This document shows, piece by piece, positions 37,990 to 50,375 of a DNA stretch of 64,000 nt. Source of the stretch: Vicugna vicugna (taxonomy: Eukaryota). The stretch's first letter is position 1; each line of letters starts with the position of its first letter. The DNA lies in NCBI GenBank assembly GCA_013265495.1, contig MU057651.1, positions 806,001 through 870,000 of the forward strand, in the 5' to 3' direction. A program made the position numbers and the translations under genes. The notes under the pieces were generated by a model, which was not told where the DNA came from, made no database searches, and saw only the letters and a list, made by a program, of their open reading frames with translations.

Positions 37990-38425
37990 TAGCTTGATGG
38001 TTAAGCACAGAAATTTTGGGGTCAGTTAGACTAGAGTTTGAATCCTGGCTCAGCTTCTCATTAAAGTGACAGTCTCTGCCTCAAGTTTCTCCTGTAAAAT
38101 GGAAATGATGATAAGAATTGTGCCTCTTTCATAACATTGTTATGAGAATTATAAGAACTAATTCACAGAAGTCCCCCAGGGTCTTATCAGTCATTTAGCC
38201 CGATTCCCTCATGTTTATAAGTGAGAGTGCAGGCTCTGCAATCAGATAGACCTGATTCAGAGTCCAGCTCTTTCACTTGTTATCTGTGTGACTTTTGGCA
38301 AACTATTTACCTCTGAGCCCTTCTCTTTCCCTGTCAAATCAAGGTAATAAGAGAGCTGTTGGGAGGATTAAATAATGCATAGTAAAGTGCTTAGCATAGT
38401 TTCTGGCACTCAGGAAATTTTAGCT
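37990..38425 (+). mobile_element. Two adjacent MIR fragments
   Basis: gtttgaatcctggctc...; gtgacttttggcaaac...gtaaagtgcttagcatagtttctggcac. Confidence 0.75.
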
Positions 38426-38549
38426 ATTGGTATAATTGTAATAATCACTATTATTATTACTATCACTACTATTGTTACTATTATTAGTATAGTGATGTGT
38501 TGAGGGAGTCCTCAAGTCCACCATCCTCATCAAAAAAAAGGCTCAAAGC

Positions 38550-40490
38550 TATTATTTTTATTTTTTATTACAGTAAAATGTACACACAACAAAATTTACC
38601 ATATTAACCACTTGAAAGTGTATAAATCAGTGGCACTAAATACACTCATAATGTCGTGAAATTATCACCACTGTCTAGTTCCAGAACATTTTCATCACCC
38701 CAAACAGTAACTCCGTACACATAAAGCAGTCACTCCCCATCCTCCTTTCCCTCAGCTCATGGCTAGCACTAATCTGTTTTCGGTTTATATGGATTTGCCT
38801 ATTTTGGATAGTTCATATAAATGGAATCGCATCATATGTGGTCTTCTGTGACTGGCTTCTTTCACTTAAGATAATGTTTTCAAGGCTCATCCATGTAGCA
38901 TGGATCAGTACTTCATTTATTTTTAAAGCTAAATAATGTTCCATTGTATGTATATACCACAACTTTATTCATCTGTTGATGGACATTGAATTGTTTCCAC
39001 CTTTCGGGTATTTTGGCTATTGCAAATAGTGTTACTATGACCATTTGCATACAAGTGGTACAAGTATTTGTTGGAATTCCTGTTTTCAAATCTTTTAAAA
39101 AATGTTTTCTAAATTTTTTTTAGGGGATGGACCTCATGCATGCTAAACAGACACTCTACCACTGAGCTATATCCTCCCCTCCCTGTTTTCAGTTCTGTTG
39201 GGAGTGGAATTACTAGGTCACATGATAATTCTATGTTTAATTTATTAAGGAACTATCAAACTGTCTTCCACAGCAGCTGCACCTTTTTACACTCCCATCA
39301 GCAATAAATAAGGGTGTCAATTTTTCCACATCTTCACCACCACTTCTTGTTTTCTATTTTTCTGATTATAGCCACCTAGTGGGTGTAAAGTGGTATCTCA
39401 CTGTATTTTTGATTTGCAGTTCCCTAATAACTAATGCTATTTTGCAACTTGTCATGTGTTTGTTGGCCATTTATTTATCTTCTCTGGAGAAATGTCTATT
39501 CAAATCCTTTGCCCATCTTTTTATTGTAATTGGATTGCTTCTCTCTTTTTTTCTTATGCATTATAAGAGTTCTTTATATATTCTAGATAAAGACTCTTAA
39601 CAGAAATATGACTTACAAATATTTTTTCTCATTCTGTAGGTGTCTTTTCACTCTGCTGTTAGTGCCCCTTGTACACAAAAGTTTTTACTTTTGTTGAAGT
39701 CCAGTTTACCTATTTTTCTTTCATTGTGCTTTTGGTATCATATCTAAGAAAGCATTGCCAAATCCAATGACGTAAACATTTATCCCTATGTTTTCTTCTA
39801 AGAGTTTTAGAGTTTTAGCTCTTATGTTTGGGTCTCTGATCCATTTTGAGTTAATGCTTGTATACAGTATAAGATAAAGACCTACTTCATTGTTTTGCAT
39901 GTGGACATCCAGTTGTCCCAGCAACATTTGTTGAGACTGTTCTTTCCCATTGAATGATTGTGACACCTATATCCAAAAAGCAATTGACCATAGATGTATG
40001 AGTTAGTTTCTAGACTCTCTGTTCTGTTCCATTGATCTATATGTCTATCCTTATGCCAGTACCACAATGGTTTGATTATTATAGCTTTGTAACAATTTTG
40101 AAATCAAGAAGTGTGAGTCCTCCAACTTTTTCAAGATTTTTTGGCTTTTTGGGACCCCTTAGAATTCCATATAAATGGAGAATAAACTTTTCCATTTCTG
40201 CAAAAGGACTGTTGGGATTTTGATAGGAATTGTATTGAATCTGTATATCACTTTGGGGGAGTATTGTCACCTTCCAATCCATGAACACATGACATCTTTC
40301 CATTTATTTAGGTCTTTAATTTCTTTCAGCAATGTTTTATAGTTTTCACTGTACAAACCTTGCTCTTATTTGGTTAAATTTATTCCTTAGTATTTTAGTT
40401 TTTCTGATGTTACTGTAAATGGAATTGTGTTTTTAATTTCCTTTTCAGACTGTTCAATGCTAGTATACAGAAATTCAATGATCTCTTGAA
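38550..40490 (-). mobile_element. L1MB-like 3' region/ORF2 with nested camelid SINE fragment (~39110-39182)
   Basis: Minus ORF WYWHKDRHIDQWNR is L1 ORF2. Confidence 0.92.
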
Positions 40491-41239
40491 GAAAAATATT
40501 TCAAAGCTCTGCTTCTTCCAGGACTACCTTGATTCTAATATTGTCACCTACAATCTCATCTTTGTTTGGAAATTGACAATGGAAAATAGCCTATAAGAAT
40601 GTCCCAAGTAGTCTGAATACACTACCATGCCCTTTGATCTTTGTAATACCCAGTCATTGTCCATCAACAAATAATCAGTATTCTACACAACCACTTGGAC
40701 AGAAGGTTATTGTCTAGTTAGAAGACATTCTCAACCATCCCTCCCTTTGGACCAACCATGAGATGTTCGTATTTAAAAGACGTGAAGTCTAAATCCTGAG
40801 CCAAGATTTATTCAGCTATGATGTCAGGGGTCAAATGACATGTGTCAGCCTTGCTGGAATTGCACTCACCTGAGACCATCTAGACATTCCTTGGGATTTC
40901 TGGGGTATTAGCAAAGATTCAATCTTTACTTCTACACCATGACTGTCTATATAACCAGACTCATCAAACAAGGGAGGAGTTTATCTGTATCATGACCTTT
41001 TGTATCCACCCTTATTATCTTGTCCCCTTTTACCATCACCTGATCCTAAACAGACAAAAGCCTTTCACATTGCAGTGAGAGCCATCCTGTCTGAAAAGGA
41101 CTTAGTGACATCCATCCCTACACTTATTTTTTTGGGAAGCTTCTTCTGGAGTTAGAGCTGTTTGATCACCAAGGTCACCTGATGTTGGTGTGCTCTCAGA
41201 CCACTGCAGCCTGGAGCATAAGAGATGGAGGCATACCAT

Positions 41240-41538
41240 GAAATAACAAGTGTTGGCAAAGCTGCGGAGATAAGGGAACCCTTGTGCACTATTGGTGGGA
41301 ATGTAAATTGGTACAACTGGAAAACAGTATGGAGGTTCCTCAAAAAATTAAAAATAGAACTACCATATGATTCATCAATTCCATTTCTGGGTATTTATTT
41401 GAAGAAAACAATAACTGTAATTCAAAAAGATATTTGCACCTCCATGTTCATAGGAGCATTATTTACAATAGCCAATATATGGAAACAATCTATGTGTCCA
41501 ATAACAGATGAATGTATAAAGAATATATGATATGTGTG

Positions 41539-41572
<34 letters not shown>

Positions 41573-42095
41573 GGAATGTTATTCAGCTATAAAAAAGAAT
41601 GAAATCTTGTCATTCAGGACAATATGGATGGACCTTGAGGGCATTACCCTGAGTGAAATAAGTCAGATAGGGGAAGACAAATACTATATGACTGCACTTA
41701 TATATGTGGATTTTTTTAAAAAAAAAACAAACTTGTAGACACAGAGAACAGACTAGTGATTGCCAGAGGCAGAGGGTGGAATGAAGATGGGTGAAATGGG
41801 TGAAGAAGGTCAAAAGGTACAAATTTCCAGGTATAAAATAAATAAATCATGGAGATGTAATGATGTAATACACAGCATAGCAACTATGATTAATAAACTT
41901 GTAGTGCATATCTGAAAGTTGCTAAAAGAGTGGATCTTAAAAGTTCTCATCACAAGAAAAAAATCTGTAACTCTGTTTGGTGATAGATGTTAACTAAATT
42001 TATTGTGATGATCATTATGCAATAAATGCAAATATTGAATCATTATGTTCTGAAACTAACATAATGCGTATGTCAATTATACCTCAATAAAAAAT
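41240..42095 (+). mobile_element. L1MA-type 3' end inside unit E RNase H
   Basis: ORF ..WKTVWRFLKKLKIELPYD..; A-tail. Confidence 0.92.
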
Positions 42096-42284
42096 GGTTA
42101 AGAGACAAAGCCATAAAATCACCTTGTACCAGATAAGTCATTCTAGTTTCTTCAAACATGTGATCACCAGCTACAATTTCAAGTTGTTCCTGGGTTGAGG
42201 GGTGGTTCTGCTCCATTTTGACCACTTTATGGACCCATTCCAGCAGACTGACACTTACATGTAGCATATCAATGAAATTTTAGA

Positions 42285-42510
42285 ACAGGATTTCTCAGTT
42301 GAGGTGCTATTGATATTTGGGCCAGAAAATCCTTTGTTGTGGAAGGTTGTTGTGTGCATTGTGGGATGTATACCAGCACCCCTAGCATCTACCCACTAGA
42401 TGCCAATAGCACCTCCACCTCCACCCCATTTATGACAACTAAAAATACCTTCAGACATTCCCAAATGTGCCCCAGGGGGGCAAGTTCACCCCTGGTTGAG
42501 AACCACTGTA
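42285..42510. mobile_element. MER20-like hAT transposon
   Basis: caggatttctc...ctacccactagatgccaatagcacc...cctggttgagaaccactg. Confidence 0.85.
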
Positions 42511-43379
42511 TTAGAGGAATACCTCTTCTGCCATACCACCTAACAAAACACAACTTCCCTCAATGCAACAGAGATGCACTTAAATCACTGCAGCCCATCT
42601 CTGAAAACACCCTCTTTCATAGCAACCATAGTTTCCACTGCTACTATCCCACACTCACGGGAGTCAGACGATCCCTGTAGAAACTAAGGGCTGCTCTGAA
42701 AGACCCTCCACCTTGTCAAACATTGGTAGAAGGAGGATGCCAACTAGAACCAAATCACAAGGAAGGCCATTTGAATGGACCATACCCTTGGGTCCTCTTC
42801 CAGCCACTACTCTCTACTCATCTGTTCTAGAATCTAGAGGGTTACGATTTGGGACTGAGGTGACAAAGGTTGTCAAGTCCAAGCTCTTCCAGCTCAAGCC
42901 AACCTTATGCATATCCAGCCAGTCTTGCCTTCCCGCTAGCACGCCAGCAAGAGGTCAACAATCTGAGTTGAGAAATGTGAGTTTATTAAGCAAATGATGC
43001 TGGGTTCAAGAAAAGCTCTAGGAATTGGCACCCAGAAAGTGGTAAAGTCCCCAGAAACAATCAAAGAACCCAAATGGCTCTCCTGGAATTGTGCAGTACA
43101 CAGCATGCCTTTACAGTTTGCAGAGATGCATTCTAATCCCTGGATCCTCCCAGACACTTTAGAACCTTCTACCAGGCAAATTCTGAGGGAACGATGGCTC
43201 ATTCCACCTGCAGCAGAAGCCCGCAAAGAATGAGTGAGGTTCTTTACACATCAGTCCCTTTAACTGCTCCCAGCATGCCTGTGCCAAAGGCCCCGACAAG
43301 TGTCTGAATGCAAGCCAATTCTTCTGGGTTTTATCCTGCCTTTTACCAGCTTCAAAGCTCACATAATGGCCTCCCTTGG

Positions 43380-43870
43380 CCCTACCTGTGTCTCTCATCT
43401 CATCCCATGCCACTCTTTCTCTTTGATCATCATACTCCAGCCACAATGGTCTCCTTTTTATTCTTGAACATGCCAAGCCCTTTTCTTACCTCCAGGCCTT
43501 TGCATTTGCTGTCTTCTTCCTGAGACTCTCTGTCCCCATACACTTCTGACTCCTATTCATCCTTAAGGGCTCAGCTTAAAGATTACTTCCTCAGAGAGTC
43601 TATCCCTGACCTACAGCTTAAATCACTATTCTCTCCTGTACCCCCACCCCACTCTTCCCTCCCATAGAGCTCTGTACTTTTCCCTGTAGCACTTACCACA
43701 CTCATTCAGATTTTGTTTGCTTGTTTGTTTACTGTCTCTTTCACTGGCTTGAACTCCGCAAAGGAGGCGATGGTGTTGATTTTTGTTCACCATTATATTG
43801 TATCTTCAGTGCCCAGCACTGTGCCTGACATATGATATACTCTCCAAAAATTATTCTTCAAATAAATGAA
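43380..43870 (+). mobile_element. L2 3' fragment
   Basis: ggcctttgcatttgctgt...cccagcactgtgcctgacata...aataaatgaatg. Confidence 0.85.
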
Positions 43871-45219
43871 TGCGTACAATTCAGAGTGTCTTCCTTATGA
43901 CACATAGATTAAATTAGCTGAAATATTTAATTTTGAGAAGATCAACTGTCAATCTGTATTTAATTTGACTCCACCATCTTTTCCACGGCTAATTTGATCT
44001 CAGGTGGTTAAACTTTTTGATGAAACACAAATTGGATCATGTCATTACCTTGCTTTCAATCCTTCAGTAGCTTGCTGTGGCCTACAGAAAAATGTCCAAA
44101 CACGTTAGCAGGGTTGACAAGTTCCTCTGTGACAGTGGATTTCAAACATTTTTGACTGTGACCCACAGTATAAAATAGACTTAACATTGCAACCCAGTAC
44201 CCAGCACTATAAATATGTATATAAATAACTTGAAAATTAAAAATATTTACCTTTACTACAGGCAGTGCATTATATTTTGTATTATATTCTAGTCCGTATC
44301 ATTTAATAAAATGGTCGCCATGACTCACCAAATTAATTTCACAACACACTAATGGGTTATAAGCTGCAGTTCAGAAACAGTGCCGTGTGACTTGAACTCC
44401 ATCTCCAACCCCTCAAACCATGCTCAGCTCCTCACAGTGCCCCTCTTAGGCCATGCCATCTCGCCTTTATTCACACTGCTCCTGCCACCCGGACGACACT
44501 CATTTCTCAAAACTCAATTCAAGGCTCAATGAAGCTGCTGGCATCTCCAAGGAGAAGTGAACGCCTCCTCCTCCAGGTCTACCTCGTCTCACTTTTCAGC
44601 ACCCGCTATCAGTATCCTTTATCAGAATACTTAATAAAAGATGTTGTTTGTGTTTACTTAGCTAGTTCCTCTTCAGCTCCAGGTTGACTAGGTGGGGGTA
44701 AAAATGCATTGAATAATGGAAAGCTCTTGGTCCTTTTTTGTCTAGCAAAGCCATTCAGTGATCCTTGGGGATCATGAGGTATCCTCATTCTGATTCCCAT
44801 TCTTCTACCCTTACTACCTTGTTAACAAATCACTCATAAAAGTGACAGACTTGGTTTGTGTTCCAGTGGAAGAACTTAATGAGCTCCCATACATTGCTGG
44901 AATGGAAGGTGAGTTCTTATACTTTTTCTTCCATACTACACATTTACCATTGGGTCTAGTATTCTTCTCCAGATGGCTAAGGGCTGGTGAGAAGATGTAA
45001 TAGACCCGTGGTGGTGCCTAGGGGACTTGGGTTGGACATAATGGTGGGCTCAAGTTTGCCAAGTCAGTACCATTCTGACTTTGGACACTGTTTCTTGGTT
45101 TCGGTTCTGTTCTTACCCTTTGCAATTGAAACGTTTACTTGGTTTCCTTGGCTTGACCTTTCGTACTCCATAGGTTTAGACCCTCTGCTGTAGCCCTTTA
45201 TGTTCCTGACTGTCTCAGG

Positions 45220-46730
45220 GTGAGGAATGGAAATGTCCAAAATAGAACTCCATCTCTATCCCAAAGAACCTTGTCCTCCCTAGATTTCCCACTATCAATT
45301 AATGGCAACTTCACATTTCAAGTTGTTCAAGCAAAAAAACTCAGGCTTATCTTTGATTCCTCTCTTTTCCACACCATACCCAGCATGTCAGCAAACCCTG
45401 TACTTTGCCTTCGAAAAAAATCCACAATCCAATTACTTCTTACCGCCTCTACTGTTTTCATCATAGTCCAAGCCTGCATCATCATGATAAAAAACAGCTT
45501 TACTGAGATACAATCCATGTACAATTTACCCATTTAAACTATACACTTGAATCATTTTTAGTATGTCCATAGTGTTTCATAACCATCACCAACATCAATT
45601 TTAGAACACATTCATTAACCTCAAAAGAAATCCTGTACCCACATATTTGTCCATCCCCCAACCCCTCTCAGCCTTAAACAACCACTAATCTACTTCCTGT
45701 TTTTATAGATTTGCCTGTTCCGGACTTTTCATATAGAGTCTTACACTGTGTTGTCTTTTGTGATTGGCTTCTTTCATTTAGCAAAATGTTTTCAAGATTC
45801 ATCCATATTATAGCATGAATCAGTACTTAAATTCTTTCTATGCCTGAGTAATATTCCGTTAGATGAATACATCACATTTTGTTTATCCATTCATCAGCTG
45901 ATGACACTGGGGTTGTTTCTACTTTTTGACTATTGTGAATGATGCTGCTATAAACATTCATGTACAGGTTTTTCTGTGGATATGTTTTCTTTTCTCTTGG
46001 GCATATGCCTAGGAGTGGAACTGCTGGGTCACATGGTAACTCTGAGAAACTGCCAGACTGTTTTCTAACTCTGTCCTCTTTTGCCTGAACGAGTTCAATA
46101 GCTTCCTAATTGTTCTCCCTATACTGCTCTTTGGTTTATTCTTACACAGTAGCCAGTGTGATTCTGTCATAACCTAATTCAGATATCTCCCGTATAGGAG
46201 GAGGCAAAATCCTAGAAGCTCTGTATGATCTGGTACCTCAATTACCTCCCTGACTTCATCTCCTGTTACTCTCCCCTGCATTCACTTTGCTGCAGTCATG
46301 ATGGCCACTTCCTTATTCCTCTAATACACCAGGTATTCTCGTACCTCAGAGTTCTTGTATGTGCTGTTCCTCTGCCTTAAATGTTCTTCCCCTGTCTGCT
46401 CCATCACTGCCTTCTGGCCATTGCTTCAGTGTCATCTGCACAACAAGATCTTTCCTGGCCACCTTATTTTTACCTCCAAATACATCATATCGCCACTTCT
46501 CTGCTTAATTCTTTTTTCTTTAGCACTTACAACTATCTTCCACACTATGTACTTCACTTATGTATCTAGTTTATTGTCTGTCTCCTGTACTAGAGTGAAA
46601 GTTCCATGAAAGCAGGGATTTTTAAATCTATTTTGCTCATGTTCACTCTGCGTACCCAATACCTAGACCACGTTCGTCCCATAGTAGACGTTCAACAAAT
46701 CTGTGAATCAATAAATGAATGAACGATTGA
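45220..46730. mobile_element. L2 (+) interrupted by an L1M 3' end (-, ~45490-46065)
   Basis: L2 motifs on both flanks, tail aataaatgaatgaacg; L1 3' UTR motifs inside. Confidence 0.8.
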
Positions 46731-46734
46731 ATGC

Positions 46735-46925
46735 ATAGTTAAGAGCACGAGCCTTAGAGCCAGACAAACCTAATGTCATATCTCAGCTCTGCCACTTACT
46801 AGCTGCGTGACCTTGGCCAAGTTTCCCTGAGCCTCAGTTTCTGGGATGACTCACAGGGCTGATGTAAGAATTTTAATGAGATAATCTACGTGAAGCCTTC
46901 AAAATAGCTCTTGGCATACAGGAAG
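46735..46925 (+). mobile_element. MIR SINE
   Basis: ctctgccacttactagctgcgtgaccttggccaag...gagcctcagtttc. Confidence 0.85.
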
Positions 46926-47051
46926 TATCAGTGGCCTATAAAATGAATAATTATGAAATATTTGAAAACACAGAGGATGAATTCCTCAGCCTTGTCTGGT
47001 TGAGGCTGGACATGGTGTCCTCAGATGCAAAATGGCAAGAACCCTAAACAG

Positions 47052-47210
47052 TGGGGGAGGGTGGAGCTCAGTGGTAGAGCGTGTGCTTAGCATGCACGAG
47101 ATCCTGAGCTCAATCCCCAGTACCTCCATTAAAAAAATAATAAAATAAATAAATCTAACTACCTACCCTCCCCCAAAATAAAAAAAATAAGGCTACAAAA
47201 TAAATTTAAA
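47052..47210 (+). mobile_element. Camelid tRNA-derived SINE (Vic-1-like)
   Basis: gggggagggtggagctcagtggtagagcgtgtgcttagcatgcacgagatcctgagctcaatccccagtacctcc plus A-rich tail; A and B boxes visible. Confidence 0.9.
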
Positions 47211-47627
47211 AGATAGCATCCTGAACCAGCAAAAGAATAAAGAATTCTTGGTGGCTATAAAGTATCACCTGGGGGTCTTGGGGTCTTGTCCACTTTCCTA
47301 GTTTAAACATCTCTTTCTGCATGATCTCTAGGAGAAGAGACAAGGCTTCATCTGACTCCAGCTATGTTTGAAGACTATTCACCTCCACACAATCCTTACA
47401 CATTTTGACTTGGCTCACTCATTCATCCTTTGCTATAGTGACCATCCTGTCACAAGAGAATCCCTGAGAGGGATCTTCCCAGAAAAATGTTGTGAGTCTA
47501 ACTTTGCTGGAATTTCCTCAGGAGGCAGCAGGAACTGACTTCTATGCCCAGGAGCAACTGGTGAGAATTCAGAATTATAATGATGTGGCGTTTAAGGGGT
47601 GGGATGTGGGAGCACTGACACCCTAGC

Positions 47628-48090
47628 ACAGCGGCTTTCAAACTTGAGCCTGCATCAGAATCGCATGGAGGGCTTGCAAAAACACAAATTATTGAGTTCT
47701 ACCTCCAAAGTTTCTGATTCAGTAGGTCTGGACTAGGCCCCAAGAATTTGCACTTCTGACAGGTTCCCAGGTGCTGTCATACAGCTGGGGAGCTGGGGGA
47801 CACACTTTGAGAATGACTGCTCTAGTCCAACCTCAGCCCTAAGCTTAAGAATCCGATTCAGTAAGTCTGGGGCCCTGCCGGGAACCTCCGTTTTAAGCAA
47901 GCACTCTAGGTGGTTCCGATGCAGGTGTTCTTTGGACCCACTACACTTTGTGAAGCCTGGTATTTGTGATGTCCAGACCCTATTCCTTGAAGATATCGGT
48001 TGAGTAAGTTCTGGAGTGGAGCCCAAGAATCCATGCGCTGAACAAGCCCTCAGATGGTTCTGATGTACATTTAAGTTTGAAAGCCATTGG
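47628..48090. mobile_element. Cluster of MER5-like hAT elements
   Basis: tttctgattcagtaggtctgg...ccaagaatttgcacttct...cacactttgagaa. Confidence 0.75.
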
Positions 48091-48799
48091 CTTATCCTGT
48101 CATCAGTTAGCTGGACTGATGACACAGCTCTTTCCTGTCCTTTGAAAGGCACAACCAGGAAACGTAAAGAGAAGGGATGTCCACATTACTTAGCGAGGGC
48201 TTGCATAGAAAAGGCCTTTGACAGAACTACTTTGTGGAATAAGGGCCATTGTACAGGTTGAGGCAGCGAAGAGGATGAGGTAGTTAAGTAGCTTCAAGGC
48301 ACAAGCAAGGTGTACCAGGGAGACCGATTTTTAGCCACTTGGGCAAGAACTGCTGTGACAGACTGCAGGCAGACTCTGATTCGTCCTTCAGGACCCTGCT
48401 CTGAAGTATCTGATGCCTGACACTGACCTTTGCAGCTTCCCTAGGGCCAGTTCTAAGTTGTCTTTTGGACAACCCTTCATAGAGAATTCTAACAAACCAG
48501 GATTGAGAGGAACCTCAAAGTTCATGCACCTAGCTTCCCCTTGTGGCATTAGGGATATGGAGACTGAGGCCCAGAGAGAGAAAGGGACCAGGGAGATAAT
48601 AAAAGGCCACACCCCTGCCAGGAAAGGTGTCCTGCACATGATCTAATAATAGCAGTTAGGAACTGTGTTAGGTATTTGACATACATTATCTCATGTAATA
48701 ATCATCACAATCTCATTGACAAAGCACTACTGTTATCTCCCCTACAGCCTAAGACCTAGAGAGCTTGCTACAAGGACGTAAGTTGGAGAAAGCAACAGC

Positions 48800-49100
48800 C
48801 TAGTGAACAGTGCCAGTCCCCTGATTGGTCACAGCAGTGAATTCCAGCCACCTAGCAACCGTATTTGGGGAGGAAGGCGGTAGCGACTTCATGACAGGGG
48901 CCTGGGGAGGAAAGGAGACAAAATGGTAGCCCGCGTGATAACTGCGCATGTGCAGTAAGGGGAGAAGGGGGCAGCTTCACATCCAAAGGAGGCTTTCCTC
49001 TGCCCAGAGTGGGAGGGGGGGAGCGTGTACATTTGGGACTGGGTTAGGGAACAGGGAGGTCTGGGGGCCCAAGCAGCAAGTGGGCGGTGATACATTTGAG
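48800..49100. promoter_or_regulatory. Promoter-like motif cluster
   Basis: ctgattggtc (CCAAT), cctagcaac (RFX half-site), aaaatgg (YY1-like), actgcgcatgtgcagt (NRF1-like), G-rich boxes, locally raised CpG. Confidence 0.35.
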
Positions 49101-49899
49101 GAGTCGGGGCTTCACACAGCTAGGGAGCAGCTGAACTAGGGGTTGAGCTCAGATCTCTCTGAAGCCAAAGCTTCCGCTCTTAACCTTTACATCAGTGCGT
49201 CTCAAGATTTAGTGTGCCCCAGAATGGCTTGGAAAGCTAGTTATAAATCCATGTCCCAGGGCCAAACCCACAGAAATTCAGGTCCAGAGAGTCCTGGATT
49301 GGGGGTCAGCCAGCCCCTCCAGGAGATTCTGCTGCAGCTGGCCCATGGCTCATAATCTGAGATTTACTGTCTTGGACGTTCTAACAGATCAACACCATTC
49401 CCAGGCCACAAAACGGTGATCATCGTAAACATCCACACGAAGACAAGCCACGTCTTCCCTTGTCCCCTGAGCTCTGCACCCTGATGTCTTCAGCCCTGGT
49501 CATTACCACACTGTTCACCAGAAGGGCACTACGCCTCAGGGTCTTCAGAACCAAAAGCTCTGACCACAGACCCCAACTCATGGACTTTTCCCTCTTGATA
49601 CAAAACGGTACATGGTGATCACAGATGGCACATGCTTACTGATAACCCATTAATATTTCTGGAATTTTGTAATTCACACACGGTAAAAGAAAACCCAAGA
49701 AGGTGGGAAAAGCCAGAAAATTAACTGTAGGGACTTCTTTCTCACTTCCCATCCCTCATCCCTACTCATTCCCTCTAAAGAAAACCACCATCAATAATAT
49801 CTTGTGTAGCCTTCCAATATTTTTCCCTTATCAAGCACTGACTTTGGGGGCACTTTTCAAATCTACCCGTGTGCTGTCCACAGCTGGGTAATTAGAGTT

Positions 49900-50375
49900 A
49901 ACACTGAGTAAGCCTTCCATGTGTGCCAGTCATTTTATACAATCATTTCATTTAATCCTCACAACAGCCCTGTGAGTTTCCGTAGTGTATCATTCCCATT
50001 TTACAGATAGGAAAACTGAGGCTCAGAGAGAATAAGTAATTTCATTTGCCCAAAGTCACTCAGAAAATGCATGGCAAAGCTGGGACCTAATTTTCTGTGT
50101 GTCCAGAGTCTACATATTTAACCACTGAGCTCTATTGCCTCTTGGTAGCATATAATAACAACTGCTAATATATAGTGCATTTATACCACATGCCAGGCAC
50201 TATTTTAATTACTTTACCTGCATTGCCTAATTTTAACTCTTACAGTAACCTGTGGAGATGGGTATTATTTTTGTCCCCACTTTACAGATAAGGCAGCAGC
50301 GGCACAGAGAGGTTAAGCAACTTGCCCAAGAACACACAGCTGGTAACAAGCAACACTGGGATATAAAGCTGGGCA
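49900..50375 (-). mobile_element. Two tandem MIR SINEs inside unit F integrase
   Basis: cccattttacagataggaaaactgaggctcagagag; gcacagagaggttaagcaacttgcccaag. Confidence 0.85.

Larger units (their letters stand above)
37110..43140 (+). mobile_element. Fossil Ty3/Gypsy chromovirus unit E
   Basis: gag GNLYGFLL, MRVRQ..; PR SSGTL-SNFT (~37860); RT TYNLIFV..WKIAYK..EYTTMPFDLCN (M at 40627), LDRKVIV*LEDIL (~40696-40732), TI*TFLGISGY*QRF..ITRLIKQG; RNase H PDPKQ..IAVRAILSE..IHPYTYFFGKL (~41040-41145); chromodomain-like VLESRGLRFGTE..VVKSK (~42825) and MLGSRKALGIGTQKVVKS..SW..AEMH (~42997). Confidence 0.82.

Noticed and set aside
47052..47125. tRNA gene
   Set aside because: It has an A-rich tail and dispersed diverged copies (the 37530 copy has a TSD), so it is a SINE.
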